64,000 bases of DNA, taken from assembly GCA_003555415.1 (NCBI GenBank), contig PWHX01000012.1, forward strand, positions 13,053-77,052. The letters run 5' to 3'. How positions within the stretch are numbered: the first letter of the stretch is position 1; each line of letters opens with the position of its first letter. Both the position numbers and the translations under genes were made by a program. This document shows positions 33,116 to 42,667 of this stretch, piece by piece. The notes under the pieces are model-generated. The model ran no database searches and was not told the DNA's origin. It was given only the letters and a program-made list of their open reading frames with translations. This stretch comes from Syntrophomonadaceae bacterium (GTDB lineage Bacteria > Bacillota > Dethiobacteria > SKNC01).

Positions 33116-35269
33116 ATGGAACAACAACAATTTAAGATGGACTTGGGAGGTCACCCATTTATTTTCGAAACAGGAAAGCTTGCCAAACAGGCAAGTGGAG
33201 CAGTTCTTGTGAAGTTTGGTGACACAACAGTTCTGGTAACCGCTACAGTTTCTAAAGAACCTAGAGAGGGCATAGATTTTTTCCCTTTAACCGTTGATTA
33301 TGAGGAGAGATCATATGCTGTTGGTAAGATTCCCGGTGGCTTTATTAAAAGAGAAGGAAGGCCTACGGAAAAAGCTATTCTTAGTTGCAGGTTAACTGAT
33401 CGTCCACTCAGACCGTTATTTCCAAAGGGATTTCGTAATGCGGTTCACATAGTTAGTACCGTTCTTTCGGTAGATCAGGATTATCATCCGGAAGTAGCTG
33501 CTATTAACGGTGCATCTGCCGCTTTAACCATATCTAAGATTCCCTTTATGGGGCCGGTAGCAGCAGTTAATGTTGGTCTAAAGGAAGGGAAACTGGTGTT
33601 AAACCCCAATACAGAAGAACTGGAGGAAAGCCCATTAAATTTAGTAGTTGCCGGAACAAAGAATGCTGTTACCATGGTTGAAGCAGAAGCTAATGAAGTT
33701 TCTGAAGATATTATGTTGGAGGCTATTTTATTTGGACATGAAGAGATTAAGAAAATAGTCCAACTTCAAGAAGAAATGGGGGAAAAGATCGGAGCTCCTA
33801 AAATAGAACATGAAGCTTCAGCTAGCGATGAAGAACTGGAAAAAGCCGTAAGGGAGTTTATGGCCCCTAAAATTCAAAATGTCTTGGGTATCGAAGATAA
33901 AAAAGAAAGAGAAGACAAGGTTGATGAAATAAATAAAGAAGCCCTGCTGCATTTTGAAGAGCTGTTTCCGGAAAAGGAAAAGCAAATCACTACTCAGGCA
34001 GAAACGATACTTAAAGAAGAAGTAAGGAAAAAGATTGTAAAGGAAGGAATTCGTCCTGATGGAAGGAAGAAGGATGAAATACGTCAGCTGACTAGTGAAG
34101 TAGCTTTACTTCCTAGAGCTCATGGCTCAGGGCTTTTTACCAGGGGCCAGACTCAGGTGTTAACGGTATCTACTTTAGGAGCTTTAGGGGATGTGCAGAT
34201 GATAGATGGGCTTGGACTGGAAGAATTTAAGAGGTTTATGCACCATTACAACTTCCCTCCTTTTAGTGTAGGAGAGAGCGGTTTTATGCGGGGTCCCGGC
34301 AGAAGAGAAATTGGACATGGGGCTTTAGCGGAAAGAGCCATTTATCCTGTACTGCCAGATGATGAAGAATTCCCTTATACTATACGCTTGGTTTCAGAAG
34401 TATTGGAATCCAACGGTTCAACTTCTATGGCCAGTGTTTGTGCCAGTTCCCTGGCTTTAATGGATGCCGGAGTTCCAATTAAGAGTCCTGTTTCAGGTAT
34501 AGCCATGGGACTGATTAAAGAAGAAGACCAGGTAGCGGTTTTGTCTGATATTCAGGGAATGGAAGACTTCTATGGAGATATGGATTTTAAAGTTGCCGGA
34601 ACTAGAAAAGGAATAACAGCTTTACAAATGGATATTAAAATAAAGGGAGTATCCCGGGAAATTTTACAGCAGGCTTTAGAATCTGCCAGGGAAGGATATT
34701 TGCACATAATGGATAACATGCAGGAAACAATCCCTGAACCAAGGCCTGATATGTCCCCACATGCACCCCGAATCTTCACCATGCAAATACATCCGGATAA
34801 AATTAGGGATGTAATTGGACCGGGGGGCAAGATGATCAACAAAATTGTAGCTGAAACAGGCGTGAAAATTGACATAGAACCAGATGGGAAGGTATTTGTT
34901 GCCGCTTTAGAAATAGAAAGCGGAAATAAGGCTAAAGAAATGATTGAAAAGTTAACAGCAGAAGTAGAATCAGGCAGTGTATATCTAGGTAAAGTTACCA
35001 GGGTTGAAAAATATGGTGCTTTTGTAGAAGTTCTCCCCGGCAAAGAAGGCCTTGTTCACATTTCACAGTTGGCTCCCAACCGTGTTGGCAAAACAGAGGA
35101 TGTAGTAAATATTGGTGATGAGGTCTTTGTAAAAGTATTAGATATTGATGATAGAGGTCGTATTAATCTATCCCGGAAGGCAGCCATGAAAGATGTAGAT
35201 GGGGATGGAGATGAAGATGATACATCCAAAGGACGCTCCAACAGGTCAAAACAACGACAAAAAAGTTAA
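33116..35269 (+). CDS. pnp: Polynucleotide phosphorylase
   Basis: [37 protein letters not shown] and S1 domains; ATG 33116 after AGGAGG. Confidence 0.98.
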   Translation: MEQQQFKMDLGGHPFIFETGKLAKQASGAVLVKFGDTTVLVTATVSKEPREGIDFFPLTVDYEERSYAVGKIPGGFIKREGRPTEKAILSCRLTDRPLRPLFPKGFRNAVHIVSTVLSVDQDYHPEVAAINGASAALTISKIPFMGPVAAVNVGLKEGKLVLNPNTEELEESPLNLVVAGTKNAVTMVEAEANEVSEDIMLEAILFGHEEIKKIVQLQEEMGEKIGAPKIEHEASASDEELEKAVREFMAPKIQNVLGIEDKKEREDKVDEINKEALLHFEELFPEKEKQITTQAETILKEEVRKKIVKEGIRPDGRKKDEIRQLTSEVALLPRAHGSGLFTRGQTQVLTVSTLGALGDVQMIDGLGLEEFKRFMHHYNFPPFSVGESGFMRGPGRREIGHGALAERAIYPVLPDDEEFPYTIRLVSEVLESNGSTSMASVCASSLALMDAGVPIKSPVSGIAMGLIKEEDQVAVLSDIQGMEDFYGDMDFKVAGTRKGITALQMDIKIKGVSREILQQALESAREGYLHIMDNMQETIPEPRPDMSPHAPRIFTMQIHPDKIRDVIGPGGKMINKIVAETGVKIDIEPDGKVFVAALEIESGNKAKEMIEKLTAEVESGSVYLGKVTRVEKYGAFVEVLPGKEGLVHISQLAPNRVGKTEDVVNIGDEVFVKVLDIDDRGRINLSRKAAMKDVDGDGDEDDTSKGRSNRSKQRQKS

Positions 35270-35278
35270 ACAGGTAAG

Positions 35279-35309
35279 AAACATAAACCATTCAGGTTTA
35301 TGTTTTTTT
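35279..35309 (+). terminator. Terminator after pnp
   Basis: AAACATAAACC-ATTCA-GGTTTATGTTT plus T-run. Confidence 0.7.
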
Positions 35310-35371
35310 ATTTGGTCTAAAATTTTTCTTTTTTAATAAATATTAGTAATAATGTTGAAAGGGGGGTAAGG

Positions 35372-36121
35372 ATGTTTTACAATTTTACTCTCAACATAAA
35401 GACAATTAAAAAGATTTTAATAGCCATTATTTTAATTGTTATTATAGGGTTCGTTTTAGGATACCAGATAACCAGTGGGGTATTCTCTCCTTCTAAAGAA
35501 AAAGCAATTTATCGGGTTGATTCAGACGAAAAAATTGTTTCCTTAACATTTGACGTAGTTTGGAACGATGAACATACGGAGAAACTGTTAGATACACTGG
35601 ACAGTTATGACCTGAAGGCTACCTTTTTTGTTACAGGTGAATGGATGGAGAAGTATCCTGATCTTACAGAAGAAATCCTTAAGAGAGATAATGAAATAGG
35701 AAATCATACTTATAGCCACAGTAGCTTAAGGGATCTGGATGAAGAAGAAATAAGAGATGAAATGTTAGAAGTAGATAAAATTTTAAAGGAAGACTTTGAT
35801 TACCAGCCAAAGTTTTTCCGCCCACCCTTCGGAGAATATGACGAAAGAGTAATCAAAATTGCTGAAGAACTGGGATACTTTACGGTTCTTTGGAGTATTG
35901 AAACGGGGGACTGGCTAAATCCTGGGGTGGATAAAATCGTAGATAGAGTTGTTAAAAGAACGCACAGGGGAGGCATTATATTAATGCACAACTGCTCACC
36001 CCAGGGAGTTAGTGCTTTATCCATGATAATTCATTCCCTTAAATTACGAGACTATGAAATAGTACCGGTTTCAGAATTACTGGGTTTAATGGAAAGAAAC
36101 GGTAATAATAATATAGAATAA
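35372..36121 (+). CDS. Polysaccharide deacetylase (PdaB-like, NodB domain), N-terminal TM helix
   Basis: TFDVVW, ATFF, NHTYSH, RPPFG, DW, ILMH. Confidence 0.9.
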   Translation: MFYNFTLNIKTIKKILIAIILIVIIGFVLGYQITSGVFSPSKEKAIYRVDSDEKIVSLTFDVVWNDEHTEKLLDTLDSYDLKATFFVTGEWMEKYPDLTEEILKRDNEIGNHTYSHSSLRDLDEEEIRDEMLEVDKILKEDFDYQPKFFRPPFGEYDERVIKIAEELGYFTVLWSIETGDWLNPGVDKIVDRVVKRTHRGGIILMHNCSPQGVSALSMIIHSLKLRDYEIVPVSELLGLMERNGNNNIE

Positions 36122-36165
36122 AAAAACAAAAGGCAAGGATTTCAGAAGATTCCTGGAGGTTAATT

Positions 36166-37185
36166 ATGAAAAAGTATGCTATTTTTGGGATTCTGTCAGG
36201 GAAAGTGGTTATAGCAGTTATTTTAGGCCTTTTTCTTATTTTACTGCTTTTAGTTATTAATGATAATGATTTTAAAGAATTAAGTAGCACAAAAGTTAAT
36301 CCGGATGTTACCTTTATGGGAGAAGACATAGAAAAAATGTCTGAAGAAGAAGTTACTGAATGTGTAAAGCAAGTGAGCAGAAAAATGTACAGAAATCCTG
36401 TAGATGCTTCCATAGATCCTGTTACAGAAGGAGTAATTCCGGAGCTTTATGGTTACCAGGTTGATATAGCTGCAACGGTACAAAAAATTTTAAGTGCCTC
36501 TCAGGGAGATATTGTTGATCCAGTATTAAATGAAATATTACCTCAGTATACCATAGAAGATTTTCCAGAAGCCCCCTTATACCAGGGAAATTCAGCAAAA
36601 AAACAGGTATCCTTTCTGGTTAATGTAGCCTGGGGGGAGCAACATATTCAAGAAATGTTGGGAATAATGGAGGAGCACAACATAAAAAGCACATTTTTTT
36701 TAATAGGTAAGTGGGCAGGGAAAAACCCGGACCTGGTAAAAGAAATAGTATCCCGGGGGCATGAAGCGGCTAACCATGGTTACCGGGACACTGTGTTAAT
36801 GTCCCGACTTTCAGCGGAGGAGATAAAAGCTGATATTTGTAAAACAAATAACTTAATAAAAGAAATAACAGGAGAAGAAGTTAAGTTCTTCAGTTCCCAT
36901 TGTGGCGAGTTAAACGAAGATATATTAAGGACAACTGCAGAGTTAAACATGCGAACTATTATGTGGAGCCTTGATACAGTGGACTGGAAATTGCCGGGCG
37001 CCGAAAAAATGGCAGAAAAAATTCTAAACGGAGCACATAACGGTGCCACTGTTCTTATGCATCCCACAGAACAGACACAGGAGGCTCTAATAATTATCAT
37101 CAAAGGGTTAAAGGAGCAGGGTTATGACATTGTAACCCTTTCAGAATTAATTAACCCTTGCTATTGGAGATACGAAAACTTATAA
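36166..37185 (+). CDS. YlxY/SwsB-like polysaccharide deacetylase family protein, degenerate active site
   Basis: VSFLVNVAWG, NHGYRD, WSLDTVDW, LMHPT; downstream of pnp. Confidence 0.8.
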   Translation: MKKYAIFGILSGKVVIAVILGLFLILLLLVINDNDFKELSSTKVNPDVTFMGEDIEKMSEEEVTECVKQVSRKMYRNPVDASIDPVTEGVIPELYGYQVDIAATVQKILSASQGDIVDPVLNEILPQYTIEDFPEAPLYQGNSAKKQVSFLVNVAWGEQHIQEMLGIMEEHNIKSTFFLIGKWAGKNPDLVKEIVSRGHEAANHGYRDTVLMSRLSAEEIKADICKTNNLIKEITGEEVKFFSSHCGELNEDILRTTAELNMRTIMWSLDTVDWKLPGAEKMAEKILNGAHNGATVLMHPTEQTQEALIIIIKGLKEQGYDIVTLSELINPCYWRYENL

Positions 37186-37198
37186 AAATGGTGGTTTT

Positions 37199-38059
37199 AT
37201 GAAAAAAAAATTTAGCATGTATTTTAAGTTAAGTTCCATATTAGCTGTAATAAGTATTTTAATTGCCATATATTTAGTTTATGATATAGGAGATAAGGTT
37301 GAAAGATATTTATACGGAGTAGAACCCGGGGTTATCTTTGAAGGTCAGGATTTAACCGGTTATTTACGCTGCGAAGTTGAAGAGCTGGTTCTTCAAAGGG
37401 CGGAAGAGGAAAGGATAGAACCTCAAAACGCATATATAGATAGAGATAGCGGTGAAATAATACTTGAGGTTATAGGAAAGGAAGTTAATGTCTTAAGGAC
37501 GGTTAATGTTATCATGGAAGCCAATGAGAAATCTAAAGTATCACTGGTTATTATCCATCTGGACCCGGAGATAACACAGGAACTCCTGAGTTCTATTGAT
37601 AAGGTTATAGGTAGTTACTTTACCTGGCACGGTTCCGGCTACAGCCGTGTGACCAATATCAGGATGGGAACCTATTATATTAATAATACTTTACTGCATC
37701 CTGGAGAAGTTTTTTCTTTTAATAAGACCGTAGGTCCGGTAACAGCGGAAAGGGGATTTCAGTATGCACCTGTGATTGTTTCCCGCTCTGTAATATTGGG
37801 GCTGGGAGGAGGGTTGTGCCAGGTATCTTCCACTTTGTATAATGCTGTACTGGAGGCAGATCTACAAATTGTAGAACGTTACCCCCACAGCAGACCAGTT
37901 GGGTATGTGCCGCAGGGGAGGGACGCTACAGTTTCCTACAGTTTAGACTTTAAATTTCAAAATAACTCCAATTCTTTTATTTTGATTAAGGGAGGTCTTT
38001 GGGGAGGGAGGGTGCAAATAGAGCTTTATAGTAATCAGTCTGACGAAGAAGATTATTGA
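37199..38059 (+). CDS. VanW domain protein with N-terminal TM helix
   Basis: FSFNKTVGP, GGGLCQVSSTLYNA, ERYPHS, YVPQGRDATV. Confidence 0.92.
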   Translation: MKKKFSMYFKLSSILAVISILIAIYLVYDIGDKVERYLYGVEPGVIFEGQDLTGYLRCEVEELVLQRAEEERIEPQNAYIDRDSGEIILEVIGKEVNVLRTVNVIMEANEKSKVSLVIIHLDPEITQELLSSIDKVIGSYFTWHGSGYSRVTNIRMGTYYINNTLLHPGEVFSFNKTVGPVTAERGFQYAPVIVSRSVILGLGGGLCQVSSTLYNAVLEADLQIVERYPHSRPVGYVPQGRDATVSYSLDFKFQNNSNSFILIKGGLWGGRVQIELYSNQSDEEDY

Positions 38060-38146
38060 TTAACAAACAAAACAACTATCTCTATGGGAGGTGAATTAAG
38101 TGGTGTGTTTTTTACCAATTAATAGGGATACACGCTGCTTATTAAT

Positions 38147-38599
38147 ATGAACTATATTAAGATTCAGGTTATAAAAATGGAGAAAGCTAAAGATTTACCG
38201 GTGCCCCAATATACTAGCCCCGGTTCAGCTGGGATGGATTTGAGAGCAGCATTAGAAAAGGAAATAGTTCTAAAGCCTGGAGATTTTAAATTAATTCCTA
38301 CAGGTTTAAAAATTGCCTTCCCCCAGGAATTCGAAGGACAGGTTCGCCCTAGAAGCGGACTGGCTTTGAATTATGGGATTACTGTGTTAAATGGTCCCGG
38401 AACTATTGATTCAGACTATCGTGGTGAAGTTAAAGTTTTATTAATCAATCTAGGGAAAGAGCCATATACTGTTAAAAAAGGAGACCGTATTGCCCAGCTT
38501 GTGGTGTCTAGGTTGTTTAAAGCAGAGTTAACTCAAGTGGAAGAGCTTTCAGAAACTATAAGAGGAGAAGGTGGCTTTGGACACAGTGGTATTGAATAA
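38147..38599 (+). CDS. dut: dUTP diphosphatase
   Basis: AGMDL, RPRSGLA, GTIDSDYRGE, RIAQ, RGEGGFGHSG. Confidence 0.97.
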   Translation: MNYIKIQVIKMEKAKDLPVPQYTSPGSAGMDLRAALEKEIVLKPGDFKLIPTGLKIAFPQEFEGQVRPRSGLALNYGITVLNGPGTIDSDYRGEVKVLLINLGKEPYTVKKGDRIAQLVVSRLFKAELTQVEELSETIRGEGGFGHSGIE

Positions 38600-38632
38600 T
38601 AAACCTTCTATTCCCCTATATTTTATGATTTT

Positions 38633-38661
38633 AAAAATACATCTAAAAGGTGTATTTTTTT
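38633..38661 (+). terminator. Terminator after dut
   Basis: AAAAATACATC-TAAAA-GGTGTATTTTT. Confidence 0.55.
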
Positions 38662-38709
38662 CATTTTAGAAAGCTTGCAAGCATATTGATTGAGTAAGGA
38701 GGGAAAAAA

Positions 38710-39045
38710 ATGATTATTCATTTTATAGTATTATTGATAATATTATATTTATCTTTTCGGCAGCGAGTAAGGATAAAAAATAGGTTCCATAAAGATTTGG
38801 GCGATCTGCCTACTGATCCTTTACCATCTCCTATATCAACGGCATTGACAGAAATGTTGGGAGTTGCAGGTGGAATTTATCTTGCCCTGGTTATGGCTGT
38901 TTCTTTTTTACAAATAGATGTTCCTCCCAAAGTAGATATTTATGGCTTAAATATAGAACCGTTAGCCTTGACTGCAGTTATATTATCTCTAATACAGCCA
39001 TATTTTGTAGAGATAAAGAGATGCTTAAAACGGGGAGGGAGATAA
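38710..39045 (+). CDS. Hypothetical membrane protein
   Basis: Three hydrophobic segments, SD AAGGAGG, abuts ymxH-like gene. Confidence 0.8.
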   Translation: MIIHFIVLLIILYLSFRQRVRIKNRFHKDLGDLPTDPLPSPISTALTEMLGVAGGIYLALVMAVSFLQIDVPPKVDIYGLNIEPLALTAVILSLIQPYFVEIKRCLKRGGR

Positions 39046-39297
39046 GTGTACTTAAGTAAACTTGAAGGAAAAGAAATAATAAATTTATATGATGGTTCAA
39101 GGTTAGGCGTTTTAGGTAATGCAGAGCTGATGTTTAACCCAGACACCGGCTCTATAGAAGCTTTGGTGCTTCCTGGTGCTCACCGATTTTTTAATCTTGG
39201 CCAAAGCAAAGAAGAAATTACCATACCCTGGACTTCTATCCATAAGATAGGTACTGATATGATGCTGGTAGACTTAAGGCCTGAAAGAAATAAGTAG
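39046..39297 (+). CDS. YlmC/YmxH family sporulation protein (PRC barrel)
   Basis: LSKLEGKEIINLYDGSRLG, IPWTSIHKIGTD. Confidence 0.9.
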   Translation: MYLSKLEGKEIINLYDGSRLGVLGNAELMFNPDTGSIEALVLPGAHRFFNLGQSKEEITIPWTSIHKIGTDMMLVDLRPERNK

Positions 39298-39389
39298 CGT
39301 AAGAATAAATCCTTACCCTGTTCTACGAATAAGAATTAAAGTAGAGGAAATAATATTAGTTGTAGATTACCAAAAAAGGAGGTATATAT

Positions 39390-39884
39390 ATGGAAACCAC
39401 TGTTATAGGTATTATGCAGGGAAACAGTCAAGCGGAAGAAGCAGTAAGGGATATGCGTGAACAGGGTTTTGAAGAAAATGAGATTTCTATTGTAACCAGA
39501 GATGAACGGGAAGAGACTCAGGAAGAGGGCAGTGAAATCTCTTTTGAAGATCAAAACCTGGGTGATGGTACTGCAACAGGCGGTGCTATTGGCGGTGTAG
39601 CAGGGCTGCTAATGGGTGCAGGAGCACTTTTAATTCCTGGTGTTGGCCCTATTATTGCTGCCGGGCCATTAGCAGGAGCTTTAACCGGTGTAGTAACCGG
39701 TGGTATTGCTGGAGGCCTTATTGACTTTGGAATACCAGAAGAACGAGGAAAAGAATATGAAGAAAGAGTTAAAAAAGGAGATATTCTGGTAGCCGTTAAA
39801 ACAGATGGGGAAAGAGTAGATTCGGCAGCTTCTATCTTGCGTCGGCATGGAGCCGAAGAAGTAGAAAGCCATCCGGTAGAATAA
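39390..39884 (+). CDS. General stress protein-like membrane protein with glycine zipper
   Basis: GGAIGGVAGLLMGAGALLIPGVGPIIAAGP, GIPEE, GDILVAV. Confidence 0.8.
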   Translation: METTVIGIMQGNSQAEEAVRDMREQGFEENEISIVTRDEREETQEEGSEISFEDQNLGDGTATGGAIGGVAGLLMGAGALLIPGVGPIIAAGPLAGALTGVVTGGIAGGLIDFGIPEERGKEYEERVKKGDILVAVKTDGERVDSAASILRRHGAEEVESHPVE

Positions 39885-39905
39885 TTTAAAAATTTAAAAA
39901 AAGAT

Positions 39906-39940
39906 AAAAAAACGCGTATCTAAAGATACGCGTTTTTTTT
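39906..39940 (+). terminator. Bidirectional terminator
   Basis: AAAAAAACGCGTATC-TAAA-GATACGCGTTTTTTT. Confidence 0.8.
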
Positions 39941-39948
39941 ATGCCTGT

Positions 39949-39976
39949 CACAAATCCGGAGTGTTTTTCATATTAT
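39949..39976 (+). promoter_or_regulatory. SigK-type promoter of dpaAB
   Basis: CACA-16 nt-CATATTAT; spoVF is SigK-dependent in Bacillus subtilis. Confidence 0.55.
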
Positions 39977-40018
39977 TATAGTAACTTATTTCCGTGTCTG
40001 TATATAGGAGGAGAAGAT

Positions 40019-40894
40019 ATGAGGGCTAACATATTGATAATAGGGGGCGATGAAAGAGAATTAGAGGTGGGGAAAGTATTACAGGAGCAGGGATTGCAGG
40101 TTAAAGTTGTGGGGTTTGATAATTACCCCCATTCCATACCTTTAGAAAAGGTTTCGTTATTAGAAGCTGTAGACATTGCCGATGCAATTATCACACCTTT
40201 GCCCGGAACAAATGATAAAGGGAGTGTTTATGCATTATACAGCAAAGAAGAAATTCACTTAACCCGGGAAGTTTTAAAAAATATTAAAACGGGCATCCCC
40301 TTGTTTATTGGAAAAGCAAAACCATTTTTTAAAAATAATCTCCAGATCTTTGGAATCAAAATAATTGAAGTCGCAGAGATGGATGAAGTAGCTATTATAA
40401 ATTCTATCCCTACTGCAGAGGGAGCAATTCAACTAGCCATGGAAGAAACAAAAACCACAATACACAGCAGTCATTCTATGGTGATTGGATTTGGAAGATG
40501 TGGCTTCACTCTTGCCAGGATGCTCTATGGATTAGGTGCTAAAGTTACAGTAACAGCAAGAGATGATGCTTCTTTGGCCAGAGCTTATGAGATGGGATTT
40601 CAGCCGTTACAACTGGAGCAAATAGAAAACCGTATAGAAAATTATGAAATAATATTCAATACGGTTCCGGCCATGGTTGTGAAAAAAGAATTAATTGAAA
40701 AATTTAACCCTGAAACGCTTATTATTGATATTGCCTCCCGACCGGGGGGAACAGATTTTCAAGCTGCTAAAAAAAGAGGGATAAAAGCCTTCCTGGCTTT
40801 AGGTTTACCGGGGCGGGTTGCTCCTAAAACAGCGGGGCAGCTGCTGGCCAGAATATATATCCGCTTGTTGCAGCGGTATTATGAAAAATATTAA
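40019..40894 (+). CDS. dpaA: Dipicolinate synthase subunit A
   Basis: IGGDER, NSIPTAEGAI, GFGRCG, DIASRPGGTDF, LPGRVAPKTAG; ATG 40019 after AGGAGG. Confidence 0.95.
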   Translation: MRANILIIGGDERELEVGKVLQEQGLQVKVVGFDNYPHSIPLEKVSLLEAVDIADAIITPLPGTNDKGSVYALYSKEEIHLTREVLKNIKTGIPLFIGKAKPFFKNNLQIFGIKIIEVAEMDEVAIINSIPTAEGAIQLAMEETKTTIHSSHSMVIGFGRCGFTLARMLYGLGAKVTVTARDDASLARAYEMGFQPLQLEQIENRIENYEIIFNTVPAMVVKKELIEKFNPETLIIDIASRPGGTDFQAAKKRGIKAFLALGLPGRVAPKTAGQLLARIYIRLLQRYYEKY

Positions 40895-40909
40895 AAAGGA
40901 GGGATTGAA

Positions 40910-41509
40910 ATGTCATTGAAGGGCTTAAGTATTGGTATTGGAATAACCGGTTCATACTGTACGTTTGATAAAATTACTCCGGAATTAAGGAAAATGGTTA
41001 ACTCAGGTGCTAGAGTTTACCCCATAATAACTCCTTCTGTCGATAGTATTGATACCAGGTTCGGCAAAGCAAATCATTGGAAAGAAGAGATAGCGAGTAT
41101 AGCTGGTCAACAATTAATTAAAGATATCGTTGGTGCAGAACCGGTAGGACCGGAAAGTGTATTGGATGTAATGGTTATTGCACCCTGTACCGGAAACACG
41201 TTGGCCAAATTAGCAAATGGGATAACAGACACAGCAGTATTAATGGCTGCTAAAGCCCAGTTGAGGAATCTTAAAAATGTTGTCTTAGGTATTTCTACTA
41301 ATGATGGACTGGGGTTAAATGCTAGAAATATAGGCACCCTAATTAATACTAAAAATATATTTTTAGTGCCTTTTGGGCAGGATAATCCATTAAAGAAAGC
41401 GAATTCTCTAGTAGCCAGGATGGATTTACTAATTCCTACTATAGAAAAGGCTGTAGAGGGTAAACAAATACAACCTGTTCTTATTGAATACCAGTCGGCC
41501 CATTCCTGA
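40910..41509 (+). CDS. dpaB: Dipicolinate synthase subunit B
   Basis: GITGSYCT, APCTGNTLAK, STNDGL, VPFGQD, QIQP. Confidence 0.95.
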   Translation: MSLKGLSIGIGITGSYCTFDKITPELRKMVNSGARVYPIITPSVDSIDTRFGKANHWKEEIASIAGQQLIKDIVGAEPVGPESVLDVMVIAPCTGNTLAKLANGITDTAVLMAAKAQLRNLKNVVLGISTNDGLGLNARNIGTLINTKNIFLVPFGQDNPLKKANSLVARMDLLIPTIEKAVEGKQIQPVLIEYQSAHS

Positions 41510-41561
41510 TGTTAAAATTTAATAAGTTTAAATTATGAAGATGAAAAGGAGGTGAAGGTAA

Positions 41562-42446
41562 TTGGCAACAAATTTTGGGAGACTAATCACAGCCATGGTA
41601 ACACCCTTTGATGATAATTTTGAAATTAATTATGATAGAGCAGGATCTCTGGCTGAGCACCTTGCAGAAAACGGTTCAGAATCAATAGTTATTGCAGGAA
41701 CGACAGGAGAGTCTCCTACTTTAAATGTTGAGGAAAAAGCAAAGCTTTTTAAAACGGTAGTAGAAGCTGTAAAGGGTAAGGCCAAAGTTATTGCAGGTTC
41801 CGGTTCTAATTCAACACGGCAATCTATTGAAATTACTAAAAAAGCAGAAGAAGCAGGGGTAGATGGAGCAATGCTGGTAGTTCCGTATTATAACAAGCCT
41901 CCTCAAGATGGTCTTTATGAGCACTTTAAAGAAATAGCCAGTAATACCGGTTTACCCATAATGCTATATAATGTTCCTGGAAGGACGTCTATTAATATGG
42001 CGGCCCAGACAACTATTCGCCTGGCTGAGATAGATAATATATTTGCTATTAAAGAAGCCAGCGGAGACATGGATCAGATAAGTTATATAATTAAAGAGAC
42101 ACCTGATGAATTTTTAGTTTATAGCGGCGATGACAGTATGACTTTACCCATGATGGCAGTTGGTGGCCATGGAGTGGTAAGTGTAGCCGGTCATGTAGCG
42201 GGAAAATTATTAACTTCCATGATAAGGGCTTATGTGCAGGGGAATACTGCTGAAGCTGCAGCCCTTCACGGTAAGTTAATGCCTGTTTTTAAAGGTATGT
42301 TTATTAGTACTAATCCGGTTCCTGCAAAAACATCTTTAAACTTAAAAGGTATTAATGTAGGTCCTGTTAGAAGACCATTGATAGAAATGACTGATGAACA
42401 GAAGAAAGCTCTGGAAAAAGTCTTAAAAGAAGCAGATCTTCTGTAA
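41562..42446 (+). CDS. dapA: 4-hydroxy-tetrahydrodipicolinate synthase
   Basis: GTTGES, PYYNKP, YNVPGRT, IKEASG, SGDD. Confidence 0.97.
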   Translation: MATNFGRLITAMVTPFDDNFEINYDRAGSLAEHLAENGSESIVIAGTTGESPTLNVEEKAKLFKTVVEAVKGKAKVIAGSGSNSTRQSIEITKKAEEAGVDGAMLVVPYYNKPPQDGLYEHFKEIASNTGLPIMLYNVPGRTSINMAAQTTIRLAEIDNIFAIKEASGDMDQISYIIKETPDEFLVYSGDDSMTLPMMAVGGHGVVSVAGHVAGKLLTSMIRAYVQGNTAEAAALHGKLMPVFKGMFISTNPVPAKTSLNLKGINVGPVRRPLIEMTDEQKKALEKVLKEADLL

Positions 42447-42485
42447 AGAAGTTTGAAACAGGACAAAAAAATATTACTTAATATT

Positions 42486-42524
42486 AATCACCTTAACTAT
42501 TTTTAAAAAGTTAAGGTGGTTTTT
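42486..42524 (+). terminator. Terminator after dapA
   Basis: AATCACCTTAACT/AGTTAAGGTGGTT plus T-run. Confidence 0.65.
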
Positions 42525-42583
42525 AGTTTATTTGAAAATCCGAGACTAATAGCTTTAACTAAGAGCTAAGACCAGAGGTTAAT

Positions 42584-42612
42584 TTGCAAGCATTCCTAAA
42601 ATAATATATAAT
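42584..42612 (+). promoter_or_regulatory. SigA promoter of rnj
   Basis: TTGCAA-17 nt-TATAAT. Confidence 0.7.
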
Positions 42613-42667
42613 AGGGCTAATGGTAGTGTGAACGGTTACTTAAATAAGCAGGAGGTGTTCTATCTTA

